A stretch of DNA of 64,000 bases. Origin: Callorhinchus milii (lineage: Eukaryota). The DNA is taken from the NCBI RefSeq assembly GCF_018977255.1, contig NW_024704743.1:72914001-72978000 (forward strand), written 5' to 3'. This document shows positions 1 to 13,759 of the stretch, piece after piece. The stretch's first letter is position 1. Every line of letters starts with the position of its first letter. A program made the position numbers and the translations under genes. Under the pieces are notes generated by a model. It saw only the letters and a program-made list of their open reading frames with translations. It ran no database searches and was not told where the DNA came from.

Positions 1-374
1 GTTGAACTGAACAACCAGGGAAGAAGAAAAGTCACTCAGAGAATTTAGGGAGCAAAAGGAATTAAAAAGCAATAAATCAGGCAAGCACATTTTTCACTTT
101 GCTTTCAAGACAAAGATGCCTTTCGGAACAATAATTAGTTTCAATACATTCGTCCCCACAACTGATTTGTTTTAATTAACACTTAATTTTCTAAAATTAT
201 ACCAGTTCCCAGTGCTCATTTTCTCACTTAAATCCCACTTCTAATTTCCACCTCAAAATGCAAACTCCGGTTATACAGGCAATGGATGTAAACAATGAGC
301 ATAATAAGGTTATTCAACTGTGTGACATTCAGACACACGCAGTTTCTAGCATTGGTTCCTGAACAGCTATCATG

Positions 375-558
375 AGTGAACTCTGGCTGATTTGCCCCTT
401 CCTAGCCCAAGAGCGCTGAGGATCATGCTGTTTGCCCATGCTGCTGCTCTGTATTGAGATTAAATAATTTAGAACAGTCTAGGGATCAAACCTGGGAGCT
501 TCTTGATCTACATAGTTCAGTTTCACACATAGCAGTGCTTTTTACCAAATGAGCTACC
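375..558 (-). mobile_element. Ancient tRNA-derived SINE fragment (AmnSINE2-like); related pieces at about 55200-55380 and 61640-61710
   Basis: Reverse B box (gggatcaaacctggg) and A box (aaatgagcta), plus the shared motif ctggctgattt.cccct.cctagccc..g.gc.ctgagg. Confidence 0.5.
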
Positions 559-3500
559 CGGAAAGCTAGCCAGTAGCACTTCAGCACGTAGATCACAGAA
601 TGTGTTTGGCATTCAGATTAAAACAATGCACTCTCCATTCTTCCTGGAAATTGGTTAACTAATGATATCCATGAAATATATTCCTGTTAGATCCTGTGAA
701 ACAGCATTAAACATTGTTAATTTGTAAATCTTCATAACGAACCCCCACTAATCATTCATTCAGCAATTGAAGCAAAACATGTTCAGCAAAAGGCAGATTG
801 ACTTTCAGAATAGTGTGCATTGCTGAAAATCCTAAAGCTTTGTGTCAATTGACGTTGATATACAACTTTTCATATTAAATATTTCTCCTTAGGGAAAAAT
901 ACATTTACATTACAAAAACACAAACACTATATTCAAACTAACAAGCTGTAAAGAGACAATGCCAAGCCAACATATATGAATAGAAGATATTTGTACAGAA
1001 TATGATGTAGATGGTTATTCCAACACTATAGTATGGAAACAGGCCATTTGGCCCAACTAGTCCATGCCGTTGTTGTTACTCAACATGAGCCTCCCCTTCC
1101 TGTTCTATACTCTTGTTTCCTCTCTCATAAATTCCTCTTATGCTTTACCAAATAGACCACTTCGCCAAATGGTAGCACAAGACATTAAATAAGTAGCACT
1201 TTAAAAACTTTAATTGTACTTCAAATAAATTAATTTTATAATCATTGAATATGTAAAAAAATGAAATCTTAAGGATTCAAATAGTTTGTCTAATTATTTA
1301 TTGAACACAACAATAAATTACATTTGTATGACGCCTTTCGCGCTGGGAGAACATCCCAAGGTGCTGTGGAAAATATAATATTGTAACCCACCCAGTATCA
1401 ACCAGCTATTCTTTCTCGAAAACCACAAAACTACCTTATTGAGTGTTGGGACTGCTGAAAGGAAGAAAATTCTAAGTGCATTTGTCTTTCCTTTCTTCTC
1501 CCAAGTATTAAATATTAAATCATCATACATGCTGTTCAATCTGCAATCCCGGTGGTGCAGAAATCAAGCTCAATCACACAATCTCATTGTTTCACAGGAA
1601 TTACAGGATTACACAACTTTTGACTAGTAACACACTAAAATGGATTAATGATGCGGTGCCAGAAGATGGCTTATTCATTACTTAGTCATCAAGATTGGGA
1701 AACCTGTCATCAACAACTTTCCATCAATGATCTTTTGCAGACAAAACAATGTAGTGTGTGGTTGTAAGGCATTCCTAAACCCTGGAAATAAGTTACCAAG
1801 TTAGCTAACACTTTTGGGGGTTGGCAGACATTTGTTCAATAGATGCATTCATTCACCAAATATCTGTAACTCAGGAATTTTCTGATAAGTGATCTCAATC
1901 ATACTGGTGTAATGCTAGTGGACACTTGGTCACCAAGGACATTTGTCCTTGCAGTTTGGAAAACAATGGTTCAGTACCATACTTTCTTAAACCAAACCAG
2001 TTTATTGCCAAATTACAAATAATAATTGTGTACCATATGGCCTTCTCCTTTAATAGTTTTAAATGTAAAAGTGATTAGAAAGTAGAAAATATTTTCCAAC
2101 TACTTCAAAACTAAGAGAAGTAGTTAAGCATCCTTTAAATAATTTGGAGGATACTTCTAAAATTAGTATTAGCAATATAGGACACTAATTAACATTCTTC
2201 TGAGTAACAGCTTGAGGGTTGGGAACTCAAAGCATACCAGTAACATGCCTAGATGCATTAATTAAAAGAAGCATTTTGTTATAACAGTACTTTTAAAAAG
2301 CTATAATAGGCCACAATCACCAGTCACTACAGGCAAACACAACGTTGGCCAGCACAATTGGCGTTTCAAGACCCTGGTTGGATATGGGAAGAGAAAATAG
2401 CCAACCTCTAGGCATTAGGCTGCCATCAACAATACTTTATACTTGCTGCACACAGGAAGTGATTTCACAGGTTACCTGATGATCCAGAAGTTAGCCATTT
2501 TGGATTTGCATATACCAACAACAACAACAACCTGCAGTACCAACTGCCGTTTTGAGGTACTAATAGAACTGACACGTGATTTGGGAGGAAAATTCCAAGA
2601 AGAAACCCCCAAATACTGCTATCCTTTGGATGAGTGGTTAAACCAAGGTCCCATTTGTCTGTTCAGGGGAGCGTTAAAGATCCCATGGCACTATTTCAAA
2701 AGAAAAGGGCATTTCCCCAGCATTCTGGCCAATAAATAAAATTGGTCACTCGCTTCATGTTTGTAAGACATTGTTGTGCGCAAATAACCTTAGCCTACAT
2801 GTTACGCAGTCACAGAAGAGTTTTGAGACGTCCGCCTGATGTGAAAGGTGCTACGTCAAATGTAAGGATTTTTAGTACTATTATATTGGAGAGGAAATTA
2901 ACTTGCATAAACTCCCCAAGCTGACATTAAATCGTTCAACGTTTAGCTTCTGGAACTTAGTTTATGGTTTTAATTCATATCTAATCTAAATGACCCATTT
3001 TCATTTTTTTACAATTCTAAATAATCTTTTCTCAAGTAATTCCCTGTCCTATGTATGAAATGTACTGAAACAATATCAAGCAAAGCCAGTCACCTCTCTA
3101 TATCTGCTCCAGAGAATAGGAATGATTGATTCTTTGCTTTTCCAGGAACTGAACAGCTAAAACATTTTGTCTCCAACCATTTGAGAAAATAAACACTCCT
3201 TAGAGTGAAGTAAACTAAATTGTTGGGAAAATAAACATTTTAAGGAAATTAGCCATAAGAAAAAGTGTCACTCCTATTTCGTTCACATATCCTTTAATTC
3301 AGCCAACTGACCTTCTTCGCTACCTCCTACTTTGCAAAGCATTCCTTACCACCATGTAAAACACTTTGAGATGTTCTGTATTAAAGGTGTTATACAAGTC
3401 CAAATGCAGATTTACTAATTGATAAATTGGATTATAAAACAAGAGTCTAAATTAAAGTAAATAATCTACATTCAATAAAACATTTTATGCACAATTTTAT

Positions 3501-4075
3501 GCAATAGTGATAATGGTGATTCGGAAATCCCATGATTACAATACAAATGCACAATATCCTAAATGTGTCTTGGTCTTTGATGATTCAAATTCAATTTATT
3601 TACATTAATTTTTAGGATATAAATGGAAGAAAATCAAATTGCTATAATTTTTTATTCACCAATACTTCTGGTTATTTTCTCAATTGCGTTCTATACAAAT
3701 CATTACAAGAATATTTTTCCACTGTAGGAGACTTTGGGTTAATATAGGAATGCTGTCCATCGGAGCATTAACATCAATTAATGGTTAGGAGATAGGTTTC
3801 TAGCTGCTATCTCTGTAAGGAAGGTCTTGGATCACATCACTGTAAAGCGGTGTTAAGTGAAGCCCACTCACTTCACCAAAGGGAGCAAAGGTAAGAGAAA
3901 GTAATTTGCAGGCTCCTCGCCCATACTGTTTTTATTGCCTATAATAATAAATAATAATCCTTGTATTTGATATAGCGTTTTTCATGTCTTCTAAAAGTCT
4001 GAAAGCGTTTCACAGAAGGTACTATAAAGTGAATTGACTGTATATTTGTGAGAAAAATATACATTTGTGTATATC

Positions 4076-4653
4076 ACTGATATTTATCAAAATCATTTAT
4101 GCCTTTATAAATTCTCCAAACCATGAAATCCTACATCCATTTACTAGCGCTAGAGTTATCTCTGGGTGTCAACTGTTAAGAAGATTTTCCAGGAACAAAA
4201 GAATCAGTTAAATACTTATAACTGTGAACCATTCAGAATAGGTTAAACACAGGGAAATTTGCACCTTAGAAAGAGGGAATTCTACACTCTGCAAGAAAAA
4301 ACAGATGAAAATTCAAGCAAGAAACACAGTTGAATCTCTTTTTTAAAAGAGCTGCTGTTTGAATTCCTAACATTTTTGTTGCAACAATCACAGCCAGGAA
4401 TGCAGCAAGCTTCCTTCAGCTCCTCCTTTCCCAAAAGCCACACAAGTTTTAGTTGCTCCAGGGATACACTAGAGTATGGGAACTTTTATACTGACATTTA
4501 TCAAAATCATTTACGCCTTTATAAATTCTGCAAACCGTGAAATCCTACATCCATTTACTAGCCCTAGAGTTATCTCTGGGTGTCAACTGTTAAGAAGATT
4601 TTCCAGGAACAAAAGGATCAGTTAAATACTTATAACTATGAACCATTTAGAAT
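4076..4653 (+). repeat. 164-bp direct duplication (4076-4239 and 4490-4653)
   Basis: Colinear at offset 414; about 8 substitutions by eye. Confidence 0.95.
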
Positions 4654-6189
4654 CATACCTGTTTGCTGGTAGATATTCAACAGAGAAAGGTAGTTTCAGG
4701 CAACTAAAGTAAACATTTAAACATTTATCGTATGAATACAAAATTGTGTATAAATCCAATTTGTTGTTGTTGTTTCTTCCAGACAATGTTAAATGCAAGC
4801 AATGCTGTTTCAGGATTTCTTAGAATTAAACAAAACTGAAAACAGATTCATCTATTCACAGTCGCTAACAATAAAGAAAGGATCCTCAGTGCGTCAATAC
4901 CAAAATAACTACATGGGATCCTGGATCCCAGAGCTAGCTAAATAAATAAATATGTACTGTCCAAAGATTTAGCTTCTCACGTCACTAGCTGTTAGTGATC
5001 AAGGTGACCAGGATCTTGGAATCCCTCCAGGCAAAGCAGAGTATCATATCTTGCAAACAAAAAATAATTCCCAAATGTATCTTGTGTCTTTAAAACAATA
5101 ATGGAATGAGATCTTTAAAGTAAATATGATATCTAGAAAGCTTTAAGCTTTTTATTCCTCCGCCCCCCCACCTCGTATTTTAAAAAAAACATTTTTTTTC
5201 ATGTCATTCCCCACAAAGACTGTAGACAAATTCTTTCTGGGCCTCTTAGCCAGGCACAAGAATCTCAGAGCAACTTGTGCAAATAAACATTCAGTCTTGA
5301 AATGACACGTGCCTATAGTCACCTCCCCTCACTCCCTACTCCCGTGTCAAATTCCACTGCTGTTAGGCATTCTGAGATGCTACCCTGCATGAGGGGCACT
5401 ATATAAATGCAAGTTGTTCTTGCCTCAGAGAAGGCCTTATAAAGGTATACAAGATTTTAAATGCGATTGAGAAAATAACAGAACAAAATGTTTGGATGCA
5501 CAGAGACAGCAAATCAAGACATTACAGGTTTAGGATTGCACATAGCCATTTCAGGGCAAACACTAGGAAAAATTTTTTTACCTTAAAGAGTAATTAATGA
5601 CAGGAACACATTACCAGGAAAGGTGGTTGAGGACAACATCCTGGACTCATTTTTTATAAATCTCACTGGTAGGGTAGACAGTAAGATTGGTATTTGGCCT
5701 GATTTATGTCATGTCAAGAGTGTCAAGTCCACTGTGTGAAGCGCTTTGTGATCTGCTCCAGATCTACCTAAAAAGGTTCCTTAATGCCCACGTTCCTAAA
5801 GTATCCTCAATTATCCTTCAGTTCTTCAACAATGCAAATTGTCTTTTATTACTTAAAATTTTTTTTGTCACAGAGCAGCTTTATTTGTTTCATGTTAATT
5901 TCTGCTGTTGACACACCCTGCTTCATTTATTCCAAAGATTATTAGGTACAGGATGGCAAGAGCCAAGACGTGGGGACTCCAGAGTACTCATGGGGATACT
6001 GTTAAGAGTTTAACCAGCTAAAACCATATAGCTTGTCATTGAAAGTCCTGTCTGGCAAGCTTCACGCTGCTTGTGCTCAACAGCTCCACCTTATTCCTGA
6101 AGGTGTGGAACACAAAGACAACCTTCTCATTAGCATTTGATTGTGCAAACAGGTTTGGTTATTCTCAAGCAATCCATGGAAATTGTCTG

Positions 6190-6537
6190 AGAGTTATACA
6201 AAGTGAAATTAATAAAGATAGGGAGAAACTGTTTTCTCTGGCAGGTGGGTCAGAAACTAGAGGACACAGATTTAAGATAATTGGCAAAACAACCAGAGAG
6301 GAGACGAAAATAAACTTTTTTTTACCCAGAGTTGTTACAGTCCGCAATGCACTGCTTGAAAGGATGGTGGATAGTAGCTTTCAAAAGGGAATTGGATAGG
6401 TACTTTAAAAAGAAACATTTGCAGGGCATTGGGGTAAGAGCAGGGGAGTGGAACTAGTTGGTTGCTCTTACAAAGAGCCGGCACAGACACAGTGGGCCGA
6501 ATGGCCTCCTTCTGTGCTGTAAGATTTTATGATTCTA
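6190..6537 (+). mobile_element. CR1 LINE 3' fragment
   Basis: Encodes the CR1 C-terminal remnant ETRGHRFKI...NFF.RVV..RNAL and ends gggccgaatggcctccttctgtgctgt...atgattctat. Confidence 0.85.
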
Positions 6538-8679
6538 TCCTCTCATTGGGGAAGCCTTTTTCAACTTGGCTTCCCATGCCGCGCTATCTGATAATTAACA
6601 TGAGAATTGTAAGCATATGTGGCACTATACACTAATGCTCCAGCATGCTGTGCAATCAGATCACACTTCCAAAACTATTATTTTAATATATTTAATAGTA
6701 CAGGATATCTATTAATAAACACAGGAAACACAGGAGAAGTGTAGTCAAATACACAGTAGGCTGACATTATAATTGTCCCTTATATATGATAACCTCAAAC
6801 ATAATACATCTTTACAGCTTCCGTGTTAACAAGGAAGCCATATAAAAATATTGTCCAATATACATCCCTTTCTATAAAATACATTTTAGACAGTTCCCAT
6901 AACCATAAATTCAATAAGAATTTTACTGTAGCGAGAGCCTGCTCCAAAGCATTTTTGAACTTTTAATTAGAAGAGACATGCCTCTCTCTGAGAAAGATAT
7001 TCTTAATACCCAGCTACAGTATATCAATTTCCTAGCCAATTAATGTGCTTTCTATGGTCTGTGTTTAAAAAATAGAATTTTACTGCTTGTTAAAGGAGAC
7101 GAGCTTTAGAAAAATCTCAAAACCCTTGAGTGAAATAAAAGCATGTTGAAACCGTCCTTACATACTATTATTTAGCTGTTTAAACGTTCAATTTTGCAGA
7201 AATAGATCTTGTGCTTTCTAATGTGGAAAGAACAGAAAGACTGAGAACATGAATTTTTATTCTTAATAATTTGATATAGAACCTTTCACGTAGGGCGGAT
7301 ATTTCAAACTGCTTCACACGTTTTATGGGGAGAGCGCGGGGGTGTTGGATTGATTTGGATAGCTCTTTTCAAAGAGCCGGCACAGATATGATGGGCCGAA
7401 TGGCCTTATTCTAGGCTGCATAATTCCATGATTTTATGATTCTATGAAAGAGCCACAAAGCGAATGGCTATTTTTTTCTGGGGGATCGTTAGCCAAGAAA
7501 AACTCTTCTCTTTTCAAATAGTGTAATGGAATCTTTAACATCCATCTGAACAGGCAGACAGGACCTCAGTTTAAACTTTCAACTGAAGGACGGCACCTTC
7601 AACAATGTACACACCCCCAGCGCTGCATTGGAGTATCAGTCTAAACTGTGTGATTTCAAAGTCATGACTTGGGGCTTGAACCCAAGACCTTCTGACTCAA
7701 AGCCAAGAGTGCTACCAAGTAAGCCAGCTGACATACAATGTTAATAATGTTAAACTAAATTGCAAAAATTGCTGTATCATTCACCTACAAACTACACAGT
7801 TGCTACACTTTACAGTAAATTGTGTGAATTACTGAAAATGGTAATACATACAGCAAATGGATCTTAATTTAAGTAGGTCTTCCCAGTTATGTTGAAATAG
7901 CAAATAATAAAATAACTTCTGCTAAATATTCTGCTAAATATTGTCGGCACTATGATATTTTTGCATAAAGTTAACGAAACAAAATATGCAAAAGTGAGGG
8001 TGAAGGGAATAAAGGGTTATGGAAAAGAGATGAGACGGGCTTAGGAGATGTGGAGGATCACATGCAGTATAAGATAGTTGTGCCAAATGGCTTATTTCAG
8101 TGTTGTACAATCTGTATAATTCTGTGTCATTCTATGCAAACAAGGGAGACTTGGGAATAACCCCGACACTGTTTCATTTCTGAGACCTGGATACAAATAG
8201 AGTAAAAACTAATGAAAGTCTTGGCTAACCTCAAAGGTCCTATAAGTCTTCGCAGGTTTGATGAAAACACAAAGTCGACTAAGAGACAACAAATTCCCAA
8301 TTTCACTAAAAGAACAGAGCAGAAATGGGGAAATACCACATTGCTTGTCATAATCTCTTATGAAAATGGGGTTAATAGATACATTGTTAGGGTGTACTTA
8401 AGAAGTTTTACTCTGCATGTGACTGCATGGTGTCGCAGTGTCCTGGTGTCCCAGTGCAAAGGGATTTAATTTACGAATATTCACTGCTCTTTCCCTCATG
8501 AGAAAAACATACCAAAACACAAACAAATGCAGTGAACTGCAGCATATCAAACTCTTTTAGATAAGCTATAGCCAAATAACTGATCAGGGCAGATTTATGA
8601 TGAATATATACACACACGTTACATAGAATACTGCAAACTATCTAGAGCCTCATGTATATATATATATATATATATATAT

Positions 8680-9090
8680 GGCCCATCCTCACTCGGCTCC
8701 ATTCGCTGCCTTATCCCTCATCAGATCCAGTTAGTTATCCTCCTCACCTTTACATCCCTGCACAGACTCACCCCACCCTACATCTGTGACCTCCATCAAC
8801 CCCATTCATCCAGCCTGGCCTGATTCATGTCCCCCACCCTACCAACCTCACCATCGGTGGGCAGATTTTCAGGCATTCTGTCCCTGCTCTCAGGAACTCC
8901 ATTCCGGATTTACTCAAGACTTGATCTCTCTTGCTTCCTCCCTCTCCTCTTTCAAGACCCGTCTCAAAACGTACTTCTTTGACTGCACTTTCGGTCATCT
9001 TTCCCTTTCCCACCCTCCAGCTTAGGTACCTATTTAGCTCTGTGAAGAGTTTTGCGATGTCATCCAAACATGAAAGGCTAAATAAATGTA
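8680..9090 (+). mobile_element. L2 LINE 3' fragment
   Basis: SLSSFKTRLKTYFF remnant and a tgtgaag..ttt.cgatgtc...tgaaagg tail. Confidence 0.75.
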
Positions 9091-9596
9091 TATTGGGTAC
9101 CCTGATGAACTGGGATTAGGGAGTTAATGCAGTCGATAACTGTGGCAGTCATGGAGGGTAGGGGAGCAAGAATTATGAGTTAGGAGACAATTAATACAAC
9201 GGGTGCAAAGAAATCTAAGTGATTTTGATGGGAAACTGAATGGGACACTTAGGCAATTATACGATTTATAAAGATAAGACTTATACGAGTTTTACTATCT
9301 ATAAATGCAAGTTGTTTTACAGACCTCAGATCTAGCCCAATGCACTTCTTCAAAATATGTACATTGTCAGGTGTAACAAACAACACCTTGCATTTCTATA
9401 GAGCCCTTCATGCGGGGTAGCTTGTTGGAGCACTTAAACTGGTTTGAGACAGAAATCAGAAGCTTTCCCTTTTCTAAAATACAATAGCAGTACAGCATAA
9501 GAGAAGGCAGTTCGACAACTTTCATTCCCAAAAACAATACAAAAGGCTACTGTAAATAGACACCATCTTCTGTTCAGCTTGAAACCCATAACTCAC

Positions 9597-9628
9597 CTCG
9601 TCGAAGCTACTGTCATCTTTCTTCAAGG
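9597..9628 (-). CDS. CDK14: Cyclin-dependent kinase 14 (PFTAIRE-1), 32-nt coding exon 2 ((A)LKKDDSSFDE); the gene continues beyond the left edge
   Basis: Acceptor cttttctttctctatttag, donor GAG|gtgagt; translation closely matches remembered human CDK14 ALKKDDTTFDE; starts in phase 1, ends in phase 0. Confidence 0.85.
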
Positions 9629-10146
9629 CTAAATAGAGAAAGAAAAGGGTCTAAGTGAATCCAACGGCTATAACAGTCTCCATAGTAGAGCTGCAGCATA
9701 CAGTAATAATAATACTTGCATATGATATAGTGCCTCATCACTTCTTCGAGACGTCTCAAAGCGCTTCACGAATTATACTGTGAAGTGAATTGACTGTATA
9801 TGTTGTGGGCAAACCAGCAGTCAATTGTGCACAGCAGTGACCCACAGACAGTCATGGATTTATTTAAACTGGAAGATATTATCAGTTTTAATACCTATTT
9901 GCTGGCTGAACAGGCTACCAGTCTGGCTCTGTCTGCCGTGCTGTTTAGTGCCATTGTCTCACCTGGTGAAATTGCTTGACAAAACCGCAGCTCTCTTCTG
10001 TGCACAACTACAACTTTACAATTTTTTTTCAGAATTTTTGCGATTTTACGATATTTTCAAAAAAAAATAATTTTTTAAAAAAATGATCAAAAGTGGATTT
10101 GCAGTCATTTGGAGTGATTGAAGTATATCAGAAGCACTTAAGTATA

Positions 10147-10440
10147 GGGGGGGGGGGGGGGAGTGGTGGGGGGGGGGGGGAGTGGTGGGGGGGGGAGTGG
10201 TGGGGGGGGGGGAGTGGTGNNNNNNNNNNNNNNNNNNNNNNNNNCCCCCCCCCCCCCCCCCCCCACCCCCACCCCCCCCTCCACAACCCCACTCCCCCCC
10301 CCACCACTCCCCCCCTCCACCCACCCCCCCCCCCCACTCCCCCCACCCTCCCCCCCCCCCCCCCCCACTCCCCCCCCCCCCCCACTCCCCCCCCAACCCC
10401 CACTCCCTTCCCCCCCCCCCCCCCCCACAACCCCCACTCC
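10147..10440. other. Poly-G / poly-C low-complexity tracts flanking a 25-N scaffold gap (10220-10244)
   Basis: N run visible; G-rich GGGGAGTGGTGGG on the left and C-rich CCCACCACTCCCC on the right. Confidence 0.95.
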
Positions 10441-10537
10441 CCGCCTCTCCCCTCCCACTGGGGCTCTGCTGTCACCCTCCGCACATCGCTCTTGGCCGCC
10501 CGCAGCGTCCATCAAACCGAGGGCCAACCCCCCCCCC

Positions 10538-11887
10538 CACTGTACACCCCCCCACTGTACACCCCCCCCACACTGTACACCCCCCCACTGTACACCCCCC
10601 CCCACTGTACACCCCCCCACTGTACACCCCCCACAGTGTACACCACCACCCCCACTGTACACCCCCCCCACACTGTACACCCTCCCCGACTGTACACCAG
10701 CCCACACACACTGTACACCAGCTCACACACACTGTACACCAGCTCACACACACTGTACACCAGCTCACACACACTGTACCAGCTCACACACACTGTACAC
10801 CAGCTCACACACACTGTACACCAGCCCCACACTGTACACCAGCTCACACACACTGTACACCAGCTCACACACACTGTACACCAGCTCACACACACTGTAC
10901 ACCAGCCCCACACTGTACACCAGCTCACACACACTGTACACCAGCTCACACACACTGTACACCAGCTCACACACACTGTACCAGCTCACACACACTGTAC
11001 ACCAGCTCACACACACTGTACACCAGCTCACACACACTGTACACCAGCCCCACTGTACACCAGCTCACACACACTGTGACACACACTGTACCAGCTCACA
11101 CACATTATACACCAGCTCACACACACTGTGACACACACTGTGACACACACTGTGACACAGACTGTACACCAGCCCCACACACACTGTACACCAGCTCACA
11201 CACACTGTACAAGCTCACACACACTGTACACCAGCTCACACACACTGTGACACACACTGTGACACACACTGTACACCAGCCCCACACACACTGTACCAGC
11301 TCACACATGCTATACACCAGCCCCACACTGTACACCAGCTCACACACACTGTGACACACACTGTGACACACACTGTACACCAGCCCCACACACACTGTAC
11401 CAGCTCACACATGCTATACACCAGCCCCACACTGTACACCAGCTCACACACACTGTACACCAGCTCACACACGCTATACACCAGCCCCACACTGTACACC
11501 AGCTCACACACACTGTACACCCCCTCACACACACTGTACACCAGTTCACACGCTGTGACACACACTGTACACCAGCTCACACACACTGTACACCACTCAC
11601 ACACACTGTACACTGTACACCAGCTCGCACACACTGTACACCAGCTCGCACACACTGTACCAGCTCGCACACACTGTACCAGCTCACACACACTGTACAC
11701 CAGCTCACACACACTGTACACCAGCTCACACACACTGTACCAGCTCACACACACTGTACCAGCTCACACACACTGTACACCAGCTCACACACATTGTACA
11801 CCAGCTCACACACACTGTACACCAGCTCACACACATTGTACACCAGCTCACACACATTGTACACCAGCTCACACACACTGTACACCA
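10538..11887. repeat. Minisatellite, about 19-21-bp unit CTGTACACCAGCTCACACACA, grading at the left into CTGTACACCCCCCCA
   Basis: Directly visible; source of the many low-complexity ORFs in the track. Confidence 0.95.
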
Positions 11888-12625
11888 GTACAGTGTGTGT
11901 GAGCAGTACAGTATGTATGAGTTTGTGTGTTAGTGTGAGTGTGTGTGTGTTTGAGTGTGTGTATGTGTGAGTGTGTGTGCATGTATGTGTGAGTGTGTGT
12001 GTGTGAGTGTATGCGTATGTTTCCATGAGTGTGTGTGTGTGGTTGAGTGTGTGTGTGTGTGTGTGTGCGTGAGTGTGTGTCTGTTGATCTGGGTGTTTAA
12101 CATATTGAAGCTCCCCTTTCGTGCTGAGAAGTCGGAAGTTTCAGCTTTTTTTGTTGTTTCAGTTTCGCAGAAGCAGAGGTATTTTGTGTGAGTGTATGTG
12201 AGCCTTGGAACATTCTCTGACGTGAAAGGCGCTCTATAAATGTAATTTTATTTTTGTTGTTGTCTGTGTGTATATGTGCGTATGTGAGTGTGTGTGTATG
12301 TGTGTGAGTGTGTATGTGTGTGTATATGTGAGTGCGAATGTGTGTGTATATGTGAGTGTATGTGTATGTATATGTGAGTGTGAGTGTATGTGTGTGTATA
12401 TGTGAGTGTGTATGTGTGTATATGTGAGTGAGTGTGCATGTGTGTGTATATGTGAATGTGTATGTGTGTATATGTGAGTGTGTGTGTGTGTGTATATGTG
12501 AGTGAGTGTGTATGTGTGTATATGTGTGTATGTGTGTATATGTGAGTGTGTATGTGTGTGTGTGTATGTGAGTGTGTATGTGTGTGTGCTACGTGTGTGT
12601 GTTTGTTATGTATGTGTGAGTGCGT
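11888..12625. repeat. Degenerate (TG)n / TGTA / TGAG microsatellite fields interrupted by a short spacer and an L2-type tail (about 12200-12262)
   Basis: Directly visible TG-rich tracts at 11890-12080 and 12265-12625. Confidence 0.9.
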
Positions 12626-12803
12626 GTTAGCTCTGATGTGCACAATTCCTACCCTGTAACTAACGGCAACCCTTGGACCAGAGAACACAGTGGTTTGGCA
12701 GCAGAATTAGCGAGTGCAAGCTGCAAAATCTGCTATTACTGTTCAAGAATCTAACCAGTTAAAATAATGCAGCTATGAAACATTGGTAAGCTTTGCTCTA
12801 CTT

Positions 12804-12818
12804 GTCCACCTAGTGGTA
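12804..12818 (-). promoter_or_regulatory. Candidate CTCF site
   Basis: Minus strand TACCACTAGGTGGAC matches the core CCASYAGRKGGC at 11 of 12 positions. Confidence 0.4.
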
Positions 12819-13759
12819 CTGTATCTTTTTAGGGTATTGTTTTGCAGGAGTGCCTCATTATCAGAAAGACTCAGGTCCATTCCCCTTCTGACAGGCACCC
12901 TCACCTTGGAGCCAGCTCAACCCTGAGAGATCTTGTTTATCAAAAGAGAGCATCCATGGGTCAATACTGAAAACATTTCATTATCGACCCGTGGATGCTA
13001 ATGGTCACAGGTTTGAGCTCTCACCAGACGGATGGATAGCTGATAACAGGAACTCAAATGCAAGGACTGTAGAGCAGTATAGCTGAGCACGGCGGCACAT
13101 ACACATACATTCACTGAATTACATCATCCTTCCATTTGATATAGTGTCTTATCACCTGTTGAGATATCTCAACCGTTTCACAGGATATACAGGGAATTGG
13201 TGGGACGGTGTGTAATTTGTGGGCATTGAACGTTATAGCAATAGAAACAGGACATTCAGCCCAAATATTCTGTGCCAGTTTTGGCTGTTGATGGAACATT
13301 GCTGTTTGCAAATTGCCTGTGTGTTCACCAACAAAATGCACAGTGACACCACCTTACAGTATATCCTGTGAAGCGCTTTCAGACATCTTGACGATGTGAT
13401 AAGGCGCTATATCAAACGCAAGGATTATTATTTATTATGTATTATTATTAGTATTATATAAGCTCCACACAAGTCTTCTCTCTTAACCCCATCTCCTATA
13501 CACCTCTATTCCGTTCTCCCTCATATACACAGGTGAAGGGAGCTGATGGGGCAGGGGGAACTGTTTTTTTAATATAAATTGTACCAATTTTCTTGCTTAA
13601 GCTACCTTAGTCTTTTTTTTAAAAAATGCACTAGTTTTTAATTGAATTTAAATTGGAGAACTGCCTAACCTCTAACTTGATTAGAACACTATATAATTGA
13701 CTCCATTCGTGAACAACATGAAAACATGCGAGAATCAAGCTGCGGAATAAAACCATAAC

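Noticed and set aside
10046..12688. Cluster of Gly/Pro/His/Thr/Cys-Val-rich ORFs
   Set aside because: All derive from poly-G/C, the 21-bp minisatellite or (TG)n, and several span the N gap.
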